DNA of 64,000 nt. Source: Bacteroidota bacterium (GTDB lineage: Bacteria > Bacteroidota > Bacteroidia > Chitinophagales > BACL12). The stretch is taken from positions 7,440 through 71,439 of the forward strand of contig WGOA01000052.1 of the NCBI GenBank assembly GCA_016124275.1, in the 5' to 3' direction. Position numbers and translations under genes: made by a program. Of this stretch, positions 9,745 through 19,711 are shown one piece after another. Below the pieces are notes generated by a model. It saw only the letters and a list, made by a program, of their open reading frames with translations. It searched no databases and had not been told where the DNA came from. Positions within the stretch are counted from its first letter, which is position 1, and the number at the start of each line of letters is the position of its first letter.

Positions 9745-11310
9745 TTACCCTGGCGTTGGAGCCCCGCGACCGTCAGCCAAAATCTCCTCCAAATACTCCC
9801 GCGTATTGCTCAACCGGGGCACTTTGTGCTGCCCGCCCAGCTTGCCCTTGCGTTTGAGCCAATCGTAAAAGGTGTTATGGGGCACAGCGTGCAGAATGGG
9901 CATGCCCAGGGCCATGTCTTTGTGGCGCTTGGCGGCGTAGTCGCTGTTGATTTCCTTCAGCGTGCGGTCCAGGGCTTCAGTAAAAGCTTGCAGCGACTCC
10001 GGCGGCGTATCGAACTCCACCAGCCACTCGTGACCGCCCTTTTCGCCCGCTTCAAAATAAATGGGGGCTGCCGTGTACTCGCGCACCAGCGCGCCGGTAG
10101 CCGCAGAGGCCTGCTCAATAGCGCGGTCGGCATTTTCTACAATCACTTCTTCGCCGAACGCGTTGATGAAATGGCGTATGCGGCCGGCTACCTGTACGCG
10201 GAACGGATTGAGGCTGGTGATGCGCACCGTATCGCCGATGCGGTAGCGCCACAAACCGGCGTTGGTGCTGATGACCAGCGCGTACACTTTGCCCAGTTCC
10301 AGCCCCTCCAACCCCACGGTCCGCGGCTCAGACTTGTCAAATTCTGACACGGGGATGAACTCGTAGTAGATGCCGTAGTCCAGCATGAGCAGCAGATCGT
10401 GGCTGTCCAGCTGGTCCTGAATGGCAAAGAAACCCTCAGAGGCATTATAGGTTTCTAAATACGTCATGTCGGGCGAAGGGATCAGTTCCCTGAACCGCTT
10501 TCGGTAGGGAGCAAAGCTGACGCCTCCGTGGATGTAAAGTTCCAGGTTGGGCCAGATGTCCAGGAGGTTGCTCTTGCCGGTTTTTTTGAACAAATGTTCA
10601 ATCAATACGATGGTCCAGGTGGGCACGCCCGCAATGTGGGTGACGTTTTGCTTCAGGGTGGTTTCGACCATGCGCTCAATCTTTTCCTCCCAGTCGTCCA
10701 GCAGGGCAATGGACAAGTCCGGCGTTCGAATAAAGCGCGCTGCCATGGGCATGTTTTGCATCATCACCGCGGAGACATCGCCGAAGTAGGTGCCCTCGTT
10801 GAGCTTGTTTACCTGGTGGCTGCCTCCCATGACCAGCCCCCGACCACTGAAAACTTTGGTGTCGGGCACCTGGTCGCAGTAGAGCGACATCAAATCCTTT
10901 CCCCCGGCAAAATGGCATTCTTCCAGGGCTTCTTTGCTGACCGGAATGAACTTGCTGCGCCCGGCGGTGGTGCCGGATGACTTGGCGAACCACTTGATTT
11001 CGGACGGCCACAAAAGCCCCTGCTCGCCGTTCATGACGCGCTCAATGGTGGGTTGCATTGCTTCGTAGTCCTGCACCGGCACGCGCTTCCGGAATTCTTC
11101 GGGCGTGCGAATGTCTGCGTAGCCGTGGTCGCGACCCCAGGTGCATTTGGCCCCGTCGTTCATGAGCCTGCGGAATACTTCTTCCTGCACTTGATGCGGA
11201 TGTTGCATGAAGTGTTCAATCTGGCCGATGCGCTGCTTGAGCATCCACGAGAACACAGCGTTGAACACGCCGCGGGGCACTTCAGAAGGTTTCTTAGGCA
11301 GAAAGGCCAA
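9745..11310 (-). CDS. GH3 auxin-responsive promoter family (acyl-adenylate-forming) protein
   Basis: FAKSSGTT...SKFIP, ETYNASEGF, GLWRYRIGD, LGGQHKVPRLSN; start uncertain. Confidence 0.9.
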   Translation of the reverse strand: MAFLPKKPSEVPRGVFNAVFSWMLKQRIGQIEHFMQHPHQVQEEVFRRLMNDGAKCTWGRDHGYADIRTPEEFRKRVPVQDYEAMQPTIERVMNGEQGLLWPSEIKWFAKSSGTTAGRSKFIPVSKEALEECHFAGGKDLMSLYCDQVPDTKVFSGRGLVMGGSHQVNKLNEGTYFGDVSAVMMQNMPMAARFIRTPDLSIALLDDWEEKIERMVETTLKQNVTHIAGVPTWTIVLIEHLFKKTGKSNLLDIWPNLELYIHGGVSFAPYRKRFRELIPSPDMTYLETYNASEGFFAIQDQLDSHDLLLMLDYGIYYEFIPVSEFDKSEPRTVGLEGLELGKVYALVISTNAGLWRYRIGDTVRITSLNPFRVQVAGRIRHFINAFGEEVIVENADRAIEQASAATGALVREYTAAPIYFEAGEKGGHEWLVEFDTPPESLQAFTEALDRTLKEINSDYAAKRHKDMALGMPILHAVPHNTFYDWLKRKGKLGGQHKVPRLSNTREYLEEILADGRGAPTPG

Positions 11311-11366
11311 GGCGGTCAGTTTTCCGAAATTTACAGAACGCTGGGCGAAAAATCCTCACCCGGCTT

Positions 11367-12128
11367 CTAAAGGGCTCCGGATGGGCTGGCACCCGATGGA
11401 CGTTTGCGGCGCAGCTCAAAATTTTGACCCAGGTACACGCGCCTGACCTGTTCATCGGCGGCCAGCTCTTCGGCAGAGCCGGAGCGAAGAATTTTACCTT
11501 CGAACAACAGGTACGCGCGATCCGTGATGGACAGCGTTTCCTGCACGTTGTGGTCGGTGATGAGCACGCCGATGTTGCGGTCGCGAAGGCCGCTGACGAT
11601 GCCCTGAATGTCTTCAACGGCAATGGGATCGATGCCCGCGAAGGGTTCGTCCAGCAAGATAAACTTGGGATCTACGGCCAGGGCTCGCGCGATTTCCGTG
11701 CGGCGGCGTTCTCCGCCGGACAGTACATCGCCATTGCTTTTGCGCACGTTTTCCAGCCCGAATTCGCCGATCAACTGCTCGAGTTTGGCGTGTTGGTCGG
11801 CCTTGCTCAGCCCGGTCATTTCCAGCACGGCTGCGATGTTGTCTTCTACGCTCAACTTTCTGAACACCGAGGCTTCCTGCGGCAGGTAGCCGATGCCCAT
11901 TTTGGCCCGGCGAAACATGGGAAGCCGTGTGATGTCCTTTCCATCCAATTGGATGATGCCTTCTGCGGGTTTAACCAACCCCACAATCATATAAAAACTT
12001 GTGGTCTTGCCCGCGCCGTTGGGCCCAAGCAACCCGACAATTTCGCCCTGCCCCACCTGGAGGCTCACGTCATTGACAACGGCCCGCCCTTTGTAGCGCT
12101 TGATCAGATGGTCGGCTTTGAGGATCAT
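11367..12128 (-). CDS. lptB: LPS export ABC transporter ATP-binding protein
   Basis: [68 protein letters not shown]. Confidence 0.96.
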   Translation of the reverse strand: MILKADHLIKRYKGRAVVNDVSLQVGQGEIVGLLGPNGAGKTTSFYMIVGLVKPAEGIIQLDGKDITRLPMFRRAKMGIGYLPQEASVFRKLSVEDNIAAVLEMTGLSKADQHAKLEQLIGEFGLENVRKSNGDVLSGGERRRTEIARALAVDPKFILLDEPFAGIDPIAVEDIQGIVSGLRDRNIGVLITDHNVQETLSITDRAYLLFEGKILRSGSAEELAADEQVRRVYLGQNFELRRKRPSGASPSGAL

Positions 12129-12135
12129 GGTGGAG

Positions 12136-13116
12136 TCAGGGGATGGAATTGCTTTCCTGGCTTTTCTGGTAGCGGTAGAGCAGGGTCAATTCAAAGTTGC
12201 TGCGGTCGGCGGCAAATTGGTTGAGCACGTAAGTATACGTCCCGCGGAGCGAAAAGCGGTCTTCAAAGCCCACCTCAGCACTTAACAAAATTTGCCGGAA
12301 GCGCTCTTGCACCACCGGAAAACTCGGGTTTGGGGGCACTTGCCGGCGCAGGTCAATCCGGTAGCCAACACCCACCCCAAATTGGTCATCAAAGCGGGCA
12401 TCGGCGGTGAAATCGCTCAGGAAGTTGCCGGAATTGGCGTAGCGCCCCAGGAAGGCAGGGGTGATGATCAGGCCATCCAGATCAATGCCGTAGCTGGCGT
12501 TGAGGTAATAAACGTCGTCGATGGTTGCAGTAATGGCGGATGTGTATTCCACCGTAGGCCGACTCAGGTGTGTGGCCCCGGCTCCCAGCGAAAGATTTTG
12601 GTAGGTGTACCAGATGCCTGCGTCAAAATCGGGGAAGAAGCGGTTTCGCCGGTCCAGCGCAGTGGGTACACCCGCTTGTTGAAAGCCGACAATCTCGCGA
12701 CTGCCCAGGCCCAAACTTCCCCCGACCAACAGCCGATGCCCGGCCTCGTCAAGGACCGGATAAGCAAAACCGATATCCGCGATGACGTAGCGCGCGCTGA
12801 ACGGCACAAAGATGTAGGTCAGGTTGGCGCTAATGGCCCCGTCAAAACTGCCCACGGCCTGGCGAACACCGAGCGTAAAGGACGAACTGACCAGGGTGTC
12901 CAGCACGGCGGCCAGGCTTTGGCCGCTGGCAAAAACAGCCCCATCACCAAAAACGCCGGCGTAGCCGGGATTCAGGCTGCTGAAGGTGTGGTACCCGTGG
13001 GCACTGACCGGGTCGGAGGTCAGGGCAGTACCTGATAAAAACTGCGCGCGCAGGCTGGTGGCCGTCAACAGGCACAGCCCTGCAACCACCATACCATAGA
13101 GTATGTTATGCTTCAA
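12136..13116 (-). CDS. PorP/SprF-family type IX secretion outer-membrane beta-barrel protein
   Basis: Signal peptide, [31 protein letters not shown], terminal ELTLLYRY. Confidence 0.75.
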   Translation of the reverse strand: MKHNILYGMVVAGLCLLTATSLRAQFLSGTALTSDPVSAHGYHTFSSLNPGYAGVFGDGAVFASGQSLAAVLDTLVSSSFTLGVRQAVGSFDGAISANLTYIFVPFSARYVIADIGFAYPVLDEAGHRLLVGGSLGLGSREIVGFQQAGVPTALDRRNRFFPDFDAGIWYTYQNLSLGAGATHLSRPTVEYTSAITATIDDVYYLNASYGIDLDGLIITPAFLGRYANSGNFLSDFTADARFDDQFGVGVGYRIDLRRQVPPNPSFPVVQERFRQILLSAEVGFEDRFSLRGTYTYVLNQFAADRSNFELTLLYRYQKSQESNSIP

Positions 13117-14815
13117 TTTCTTCGCTCCGTTTAATGGATTTGATGTGCAGTTGCAGCGAAACCTGTCCGTTCCAGCGGTTTTCTTCTACGTGGTAGGCCA
13201 GGGCGAGCGGCTTTCCGCTGCTGCACAAACCGAGCGAACCGACCTGGCCAAAGGCAATGCCATCAAAACGAACATCCCCACTGCGCACCTGCACTTTGAG
13301 GTGCTCGTCTTTGAGCACGCGCGGTGCGCCCTGGGTTTGCAGGGCTCTGCTGGCAAAGACTGGCGCCAGATTGCCCGGTCCAAAGGGTTCAAACTGCTTG
13401 AGGATGGCAAAGAACTTGTCTTTGACATCCGGCAGGGTTAGTTCAGCGTCAATGCGGAGGCGGGGGGTCAACAGGTCGAAGGGAATGCGCTCGCGCACCG
13501 CTGCTTCAAACCGCTCGCGAAAGATGGGCACGTTGGCCAGCGGCATGCTCAGACCCGCTGCAAAGGCATGCCCACCGAAGCGGTCCAACAGATCGCTGCA
13601 GGCGGAGATGGCGTCGTGGATGTCAAGCCCCGCCACCGATCGCGCAGAGCCTACCGCCTGTCCGTTGGACGCAGTCAGCACGATGGTGGGCCGGTAGTGT
13701 TTCTCAATCAATCGGCTGGCCACAATGCCGATGACACCCTTGTGCCAGTGTTCGGCAAAAACCACCGTACTGAAGCGCTCTTCCCGGTCGGCCCAGGCCA
13801 TCAGGATGGCCAGCGCCTCGCGGGTGGTGTCCTGGTCTTCCTGTTTGCGGTGGTCGTTGCGGCTTTGCAGCTCGTCCGCGCCATCGCGGGCGGGGTCTTC
13901 GGTTTCGGCCAACAGCATGGCTACCGCATCGCGGGCGTGGCCCATGCGCCCGGCGGCATTGATCCGCGGCGCCAGCCCAAAGACCAGGTCGCGGATGGTT
14001 GGGGGCCCGACTACTTTGGCTTGCCGAAGCAATGCCCGCAGCCCCGGCCGGGGTGCTTTGGCCAACAACTGCAAGCCGTGGTGCAAGAGCACGCGATTTT
14101 CGCCGGTAACCGGAACGATATCTGCGGCGATGCTCACCGCCACCAGATCCAGGCCTTCGTACAGTTCTGCAGTCGGCAACCCGTGCCGCTCAACAAATCC
14201 TTGCAGGAGTTTAAACCCTACCCCGCAACCGCACAGCTCCTTGAAAGGATACCCGCAGTCGGCTTGCTTGGGGTCCAGAATGGCCACGGCGTCCGGCAAT
14301 TCAGCGCCGGGCAGGTGGTGGTCGGCCACGATGACGTCCATGCCCAGGGCGCGCGCTTCTGCGATGCGATCAACAGCCTTGATGCCGCAGTCCAGCGTCA
14401 GGATGAGCCCGACACCGGTTGCGGCGGCATAGCGCACCCCGGCTTCTGACAAACCATAGCCTTCGCTATCCCGGTCGGGAATGTAGTACTCTACGGCTTC
14501 GTGGCGGCGGCGCAAAAAGCGATAGACCAGCGCCACCGCGGTGGTGCCGTCCACGTCATAGTCGCCGTAAACCAAAATGCGCTCGCCACGGCTCAGGGCA
14601 AGGTCCAGCCGATCCAGCGCCTCCGCCATGCCTTTCATGGCCAACGGAGGATGCAAATGCGTCAGCTCTGGCCGGAAAAACCGGCGCGCGCTCTCAAAAT
14701 CGGGAACGCCCCGTTGCACCAACAGCCGGCAAAAAACCGGGTGAATGCCCAATTCGCGTTGCAAGGCCACAACCCGGTTTTCATCAACCGGCTCCCATTC
14801 CCAGCGGTAGTCCAC
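13106..14815 (-). CDS. recJ: Single-stranded-DNA-specific exonuclease RecJ
   Basis: YGDYDVDG, EGYGLS, TLDCGI, DHH, ADIVP, PRINAAGR, GSARS, GGHAFAAG, EPFGPGN. Confidence 0.96.
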   Translation of the reverse strand: MDYRWEWEPVDENRVVALQRELGIHPVFCRLLVQRGVPDFESARRFFRPELTHLHPPLAMKGMAEALDRLDLALSRGERILVYGDYDVDGTTAVALVYRFLRRRHEAVEYYIPDRDSEGYGLSEAGVRYAAATGVGLILTLDCGIKAVDRIAEARALGMDVIVADHHLPGAELPDAVAILDPKQADCGYPFKELCGCGVGFKLLQGFVERHGLPTAELYEGLDLVAVSIAADIVPVTGENRVLLHHGLQLLAKAPRPGLRALLRQAKVVGPPTIRDLVFGLAPRINAAGRMGHARDAVAMLLAETEDPARDGADELQSRNDHRKQEDQDTTREALAILMAWADREERFSTVVFAEHWHKGVIGIVASRLIEKHYRPTIVLTASNGQAVGSARSVAGLDIHDAISACSDLLDRFGGHAFAAGLSMPLANVPIFRERFEAAVRERIPFDLLTPRLRIDAELTLPDVKDKFFAILKQFEPFGPGNLAPVFASRALQTQGAPRVLKDEHLKVQVRSGDVRFDGIAFGQVGSLGLCSSGKPLALAYHVEENRWNGQVSLQLHIKSIKRSEEIEA

Positions 14816-14969
14816 AGGGCGGTAAGTTAGAGCATTCCCGGGGCAGGGAAAGGCCGCAACGGCCTAAATCCAGCCCGTGTTAGTAACTTCTGGAAAGCAG
14901 CGCGGGAGCAGCGTTTTCAGGGCGAAAGGCGCAGTTGCGCAGCGCGGCAACTTGTCGCACCTTGCGGCA

Positions 14970-16703
14970 TCAGGGCAGCAGCACCACCGGCATGGCCGCA
15001 GCGGGGCTCTCGAAGAAATACAAGCCTGCGGGCAAATCCTGCAGGGATACAGCCAGCACCGAGCCAGCCGCCCAAAGCCCGGAGCGGAGGGGCCTGCCGA
15101 GCGCATCCCGCAGGCACCAGGGCTGGGGTTCAGCACCGGCGCTAGCTGCGGGTGCTAACAGCCCTTCGACATACAGCGTACCTTGTGCGGCCAAGGGATT
15201 GGGGTACAGGTTCAGCGCGCTGCTGCCTGCGAGCGGCTGCTCCACACCACCCACGCGGCAGTAGCCATCCAAGAGCGCTAACATAGCCTGGTGTATGTTC
15301 AGGCGGCCGCCGGAAACACTGCGAACGAGCAGGTCGTCAACGGGCGTGACGCCCTCCAACAAGTACTGCCGAACCAACAGCGCCATGCCCGCCGGATCAA
15401 AACGGTAGTCTTCCAGAAAGCGCGGGCAGGCGGCGGCGTATAGCAGTGCAATGGTTCCGGCCACATGCGGCGTGGCCATGGATGTTCCAGAATTAAACGT
15501 ATAGGTATTTCCTGGTGCCGTGGAATAGACGCCTGTTCCCGGAGCCCCTAAATCGATGTTTTCGGGGCCATACCCTGCACCGCTGAGCTCGTCATCGTTG
15601 TCCGTGTTGGTCACGGCGATCATGTAAGGGCTGGAGCAGGTGGTGGGCACGTCGCCGATGACGTCCACGTTCTGGAAGGCGTTGATGGTGGCGGCCGGAC
15701 TAAGGATGCCCAGGGCACCGAGGCTGTCGTACATGGCGCACCAAATGGGAAAGTCTTCCGGTTGGGCAAAATCCAGCCCAAAGCTGGAATTGGTCACCAC
15801 CACAAAGGCGCCTTCCGCACCGTCCGTGGCGTCGTAGTGCTTGCGCATGGCGTGGATGTAGCCGTAGGCAGCCACCACATCGTCTTCTTCCAATTCGGCA
15901 AAAACGGGCAGAATGGGGGTGCCCCAATTCACGCCGGTAACGCCCAGGCCGTTGTTGCCCAGCGCGGCAGCGATGCCGCAAACGTGCGTTCCGTGCAGTT
16001 CCACCGGCAACGCAGCATTGTTGTCCGTGGCGTTCCAGCCGAAGTAGTCGTCCACGTAACCGTTGCCGTCGTTGTCCAGGCTGTCTCCTTCAATTTCGCC
16101 GCGGTTGATCCAAAACCACAAGTCTTCGTGGTTGCGGTCAAAACCGTCGTCAACTACCGCGATGACGATGGTATCGCCAAGCGCCGTAACGCCGCCGGTG
16201 CTGATGTCCCAGGCTTCCGGGGCGTTAATGTCCGCCCCTTCCAGCCCCGGTCCGCCCATGTTGTTCATGCCCCATTGCAGGGGGAAACTGGGGTCGGAGG
16301 GAATAAGCCGCTTTTGCAGCGTGTGGTTGAACTGTGCAGCTTGCAACGCGGGCATGCCCTGCAGGCGCGCCAGCCACAGTTGGGGGTCGCGGTCAGGGTC
16401 AGTGTTCGGGCCACTGTCGGGGCCACTGTTGGGGTCTTTATCTGGGCCAGCGTTCGGATCAAGGTCCAGCCGGTAAAGGCCCAGCGCAGGGGCAAGGGGC
16501 ACGAGCGCAGCGGGTTGGTCGGGATAGAGGGTCTGCAGGTGGGTGAGCAGGGCCGTCGGTTGTTGGCCGGGGCGAAATTGCAGCAGGTATTGTCCCGGAA
16601 TGGCCGCGTTAACCGAAGCGGATTGTGCGCTGCTCATCTTTGGGGATAAGAGCAGGCCACCAAGACAAAACAAGGCTATCGCGTACTGGTGGAGGGACAC
16701 CAT
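14970..16703 (-). CDS. S8 (subtilisin-like) serine peptidase with T9SS C-terminal domain
   Basis: Catalytic triad motifs IAVVDDG, HGTHVCG, SGTSMATPHVAG; DNDGNGYVDD; C-terminal LYPNP...LPAGLYF; Asp/Pro/Gly linker in prodomain. Confidence 0.9.
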   Translation of the reverse strand: MVSLHQYAIALFCLGGLLLSPKMSSAQSASVNAAIPGQYLLQFRPGQQPTALLTHLQTLYPDQPAALVPLAPALGLYRLDLDPNAGPDKDPNSGPDSGPNTDPDRDPQLWLARLQGMPALQAAQFNHTLQKRLIPSDPSFPLQWGMNNMGGPGLEGADINAPEAWDISTGGVTALGDTIVIAVVDDGFDRNHEDLWFWINRGEIEGDSLDNDGNGYVDDYFGWNATDNNAALPVELHGTHVCGIAAALGNNGLGVTGVNWGTPILPVFAELEEDDVVAAYGYIHAMRKHYDATDGAEGAFVVVTNSSFGLDFAQPEDFPIWCAMYDSLGALGILSPAATINAFQNVDVIGDVPTTCSSPYMIAVTNTDNDDELSGAGYGPENIDLGAPGTGVYSTAPGNTYTFNSGTSMATPHVAGTIALLYAAACPRFLEDYRFDPAGMALLVRQYLLEGVTPVDDLLVRSVSGGRLNIHQAMLALLDGYCRVGGVEQPLAGSSALNLYPNPLAAQGTLYVEGLLAPAASAGAEPQPWCLRDALGRPLRSGLWAAGSVLAVSLQDLPAGLYFFESPAAAMPVVLLP

Positions 16704-16859
16704 GCTGGGGCGGGAAGGGGTTGGGGCAAGCGCTTTCAGCTGGGTTTTCGGAGCCAGTTGCAAGCAGAATTGCCGCCCTTCGACCTATAAATATAGCGAA
16801 TTGCCGCAAAAACAAACGCGGGCCTTGCGGGGTAAGCCCAGTTCGTCCTGATTAATGCC

Positions 16860-17519
16860 TTAGCGCCGGATCAACTGCGTGCGGCAGCTTTCCGTGATGG
16901 CGCCGTTGTTCACCGACCATTGGAGGTAAAGCGTATCGCCGCTGGGCACGGCCATGCCAGTGCCGGACCAGTCCAGGGTGGCGGTGCTGCGGTCAACGAG
17001 CAGTTCATGGCCATAATCGCCTTCCAGAAACAAGTTGACGTAACTGCCGGGGCCGAAATTGCCCAAATTGAACAGCAACACCCTGTTTTCGGGGCAGGTG
17101 CAGTCCTGGATGCCCGCCTGGTAGCTGAATATGCCCGATGTGCAGGTGTCTATCGCGCTGTAATTCACCGCGTAATAGCTCTCTTTTTCCATGCCAACGC
17201 GTACGTCAAAGCCCACGCTGCTTTCATTTCCGGCGTCATCGCTGACCCTGAAATCCACCCGATAGTCGCCGTAGCGTTTGGTATCCACACTGCCTTCCTG
17301 CACCAAAGCGGGGGTGAGGTCGCAGTCGCGGTTGTCCACCACTTCCAGCACGGCCTCCGGGAGTGAATCGCCCAGCAACACGAATTCCGGGAGCGCACGC
17401 CGAACGCTGATCTGGGGGGCATCCTGATCAGCCGGTTTGCAGGCGGGCAGCAACGCGCTCAGAGCGGCCGTGGCGGCTAATGCAAGGAGAACTCGGGGGA
17501 AGGGCTTTTTGGGCAGCAT
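16860..17519 (-). CDS. Lipoprotein with DUF5011/Ig-like domain (paralog 3)
   Basis: Lipobox LPAC; D..D.DLT...GSVDT...GDY.V.F.VSDDAGN; C-terminal domain resembles the two neighbours. Confidence 0.75.
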   Translation of the reverse strand: MLPKKPFPRVLLALAATAALSALLPACKPADQDAPQISVRRALPEFVLLGDSLPEAVLEVVDNRDCDLTPALVQEGSVDTKRYGDYRVDFRVSDDAGNESSVGFDVRVGMEKESYYAVNYSAIDTCTSGIFSYQAGIQDCTCPENRVLLFNLGNFGPGSYVNLFLEGDYGHELLVDRSTATLDWSGTGMAVPSGDTLYLQWSVNNGAITESCRTQLIRR

Positions 17520-17586
17520 GCGAGGTTGGTGGCGGGAGAGCTGTCAGGGTCTTGATGCTCAGGAATTTTCGGCTACGTTTTACAGG

Positions 17587-18237
17587 TCAGGGTTTTCGGA
17601 ACTGGCTGACACAAGATTGAAAGGACACGGAATCGATTTCGTCAAACGGCAAGTCAAATGCGAACCGGGTGGTTGTTCCGTATGTTAAAACCGAATTACC
17701 AACATACGTAAAATCTGAAAGTGAGTCGTTTAGGGTGATGCTGTTTCCAAGCCGTCCAAGGATCTGCAAGTGCATTTGGTAGCTGCTGCCGCGGTTCCGC
17801 CAATTGGAAACCGCAACACGCGTGCTGTCCAGCGGATCCAAAACAGCGACAGCGGTGTAATTGATCAGGATGGAATCGCAGCTATCGCGCACCGCCCAGT
17901 TGCCGGTATAATCCTGTGTGCGGGCGTAAACGGCCACGAACCTGGTGGCGGAATCTTCATTGCCCGCAGCATCGGCCACGTAGTAATAAACGGGGTATTC
18001 GCCTACGGAGTCGGTTCTGACGCGGCTGGCATCGGCGGTAACGGCAGCGGTGTCCAACACCCCGTCTTCTTTGTCCGTGCCCAGGGCTCCCCGTTCCTGG
18101 TAGGCCTGGCCCAGCGGGACCCGGTATTCCGGCTCCAAAACCACCACAACCGGCGGCGTTTTATCGGTTTTTTGGCAGGCTACCACCAGAATGGTTAGGA
18201 GCAAGCCCAGGAAAATGGGACGGTTTTTTAAAGCCAT
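17587..18237 (-). CDS. Lipoprotein with DUF5011/Ig-like domain (paralog 2)
   Basis: Lipobox VVAC; DKTPPV, Y.E.GA.GTDKEDG, VGEYPVYYYVADAAGN...TRFV. Confidence 0.8.
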   Translation of the reverse strand: MALKNRPIFLGLLLTILVVACQKTDKTPPVVVVLEPEYRVPLGQAYQERGALGTDKEDGVLDTAAVTADASRVRTDSVGEYPVYYYVADAAGNEDSATRFVAVYARTQDYTGNWAVRDSCDSILINYTAVAVLDPLDSTRVAVSNWRNRGSSYQMHLQILGRLGNSITLNDSLSDFTYVGNSVLTYGTTTRFAFDLPFDEIDSVSFQSCVSQFRKP

Positions 18238-18251
18238 GAGGCGCAAAGTTA

Positions 18252-18281
18252 AGAAAGCCGCCCCGGTGAGGGCGGCTTTCT
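18252..18281 (-). terminator. Intrinsic terminator-like hairpin after the first DUF5011 gene
   Basis: AGAAAGCCGCCC / GGGCGGCTTTCT inverted repeat, T-rich tail on the minus strand. Confidence 0.7.
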
Positions 18282-18389
18282 ATGGTTTGTTCTGTTCGTT
18301 GGGGTTAACCGTTGAAGCGCCGTGCGAACTTCGATTAAGGGCTCTTTCCGAAGAAAAACACCTAAACGTTCAACGGGAACGGAAGCGAA

Positions 18390-19043
18390 TTATTGCTTGG
18401 TGAACACTGCGTCGCAGGTCAGCACACTGGCGCCGTCATCGGCGGAGTAGTCCAGGGTGAAGACCATGGCCGTGGTGGTGCCGGTGGTCAGAACGCCTGA
18501 TCCCACAAAGGTGGCACCGCCGATAGCGTCGTCCACGCCAACATTGCTGTTGGTGTCGCCGGTCAGGTTGAGGTCAACCAGAACCGACAAACCGTAGTTG
18601 CCGAAATTGCTGACAATAACCGTGTTGGGGTCCGCACCAGCCGTGATGGTTACGTCGTAGGTGTAGGTATTTCCGTCGCTGCAGTCTTCCACCACTTCGT
18701 AAACACCGGCAAAGTCGCTGCCTTGGGCAAAGACGTGCACGGTGCGAACTTCTGATCCGGTGTTGCCGGCATCGTCAGTGGCGCTGTAGAGGATGTCGTA
18801 GCTGCCTACTTCGTTGGTGTTCAGCGCGCTGTCGTCCACGTTGATGGTGGCAATGACGCCATCTTCGGTATCCGTGGCTTCTGCACCGGCTTCGGTGTAG
18901 GTTCCGCCCAGTTCAACGAACTCGGGGCTGTCGCCCAAAAGGGTGATGATGGGGCTGTTCAAATCATCTTCGGTACACTGGGTGAACAGAAGAACGGCCA
19001 GGGAGAGGGCCAGAAACTTAATGCTTTTGCTGAAATTGGTCAT
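18390..19043 (-). CDS. Lipoprotein with DUF5011/Ig-like domain (paralog 1)
   Basis: Lipobox FTQC; PIITLLGD...YTEAGAEATDTEDG...VGSYDILYSATDDAGN...RTVHV. Confidence 0.85.
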   Translation of the reverse strand: MTNFSKSIKFLALSLAVLLFTQCTEDDLNSPIITLLGDSPEFVELGGTYTEAGAEATDTEDGVIATINVDDSALNTNEVGSYDILYSATDDAGNTGSEVRTVHVFAQGSDFAGVYEVVEDCSDGNTYTYDVTITAGADPNTVIVSNFGNYGLSVLVDLNLTGDTNSNVGVDDAIGGATFVGSGVLTTGTTTAMVFTLDYSADDGASVLTCDAVFTKQ

Positions 19044-19194
19044 GGTCTTGGATTTAGGTTTGATACCAGGTGGCTTGCTAATGATAGCTGTGCTAATTTT
19101 GCGCAAAAATAGGTCTACCGCCGCGATTAATACAACCGGGGTTCAATTGGCCTCAAAATTGATTCTTTCGAATCGTACCCAAACCAGCAAATCC

Positions 19195-19578
19195 ATGAAA
19201 ATTCAAATTCTCGCCCTCGCTTTGGGCACAACGTTGGCCTTCAGCAGCTGCAACAGCGGCGCAGACCAAATTGCCACCCTTGAAACCCAGCTAACCGAGC
19301 AAAAACAAGCCTTGGTGGACACCGTGGCCTATTTCACCACCGCCATGTCCGACATGCAATTCCAAATGGACAGCATCAATGCTGAGCTTGCCAAATTCAC
19401 TGCTGTCGTGGCCAGCCCTGGCACTTCAACCAAAAAACCTGCAGCTCCTGCTAAGCCAACCGGTGAAATTGACGTGACTAAGAAAGGCGGTGGAGACGCC
19501 CCAAAGATTGACGTAACCAAGAAAGGCGGCGGTGATGCTCCCAAGATTGACGTAACCAAGAAAGGTGGCGGAAACTGA
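19195..19578 (+). CDS. Small lipoprotein: coiled coil, Pro/Lys linker and three C-terminal IDVTKKGGG repeats
   Basis: ATG 19195; lipobox AFSSC; 39-bp repeats with synonymous variation; strong terminator follows. Confidence 0.8.
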   Translation: MKIQILALALGTTLAFSSCNSGADQIATLETQLTEQKQALVDTVAYFTTAMSDMQFQMDSINAELAKFTAVVASPGTSTKKPAAPAKPTGEIDVTKKGGGDAPKIDVTKKGGGDAPKIDVTKKGGGN

Positions 19579-19613
19579 TCGTTAGTTTCTGATTGTCATC
19601 TGTTAACAGACAC

Positions 19614-19643
19614 AAAAAAACCGCCTTTCGGGGCGGTTTTTTT
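19614..19643. terminator. Bidirectional intrinsic terminator
   Basis: AAAAAAACCGCC-TTTCG-GGGCGGTTTTTTT-type hairpin between convergent genes. Confidence 0.88.
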
Positions 19644-19711
19644 ATGCCTGGAATAGCCACAAACTGCCCCTAACGGGCGGTTTTTGGGTCCTTCCAGGGC
19701 CATTTTTACGC

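Noticed and set aside
9745-11310. Plant-like GH3 protein as horizontal transfer
   Set aside because: GH3-family genes next to lptB are widespread in Bacteroidota and the composition matches the host
16385-16465. 12-bp quasi-repeats in the S8 peptidase
   Set aside because: They encode a low-complexity Asp/Pro/Gly linker in the prodomain, with no sign of a separate element
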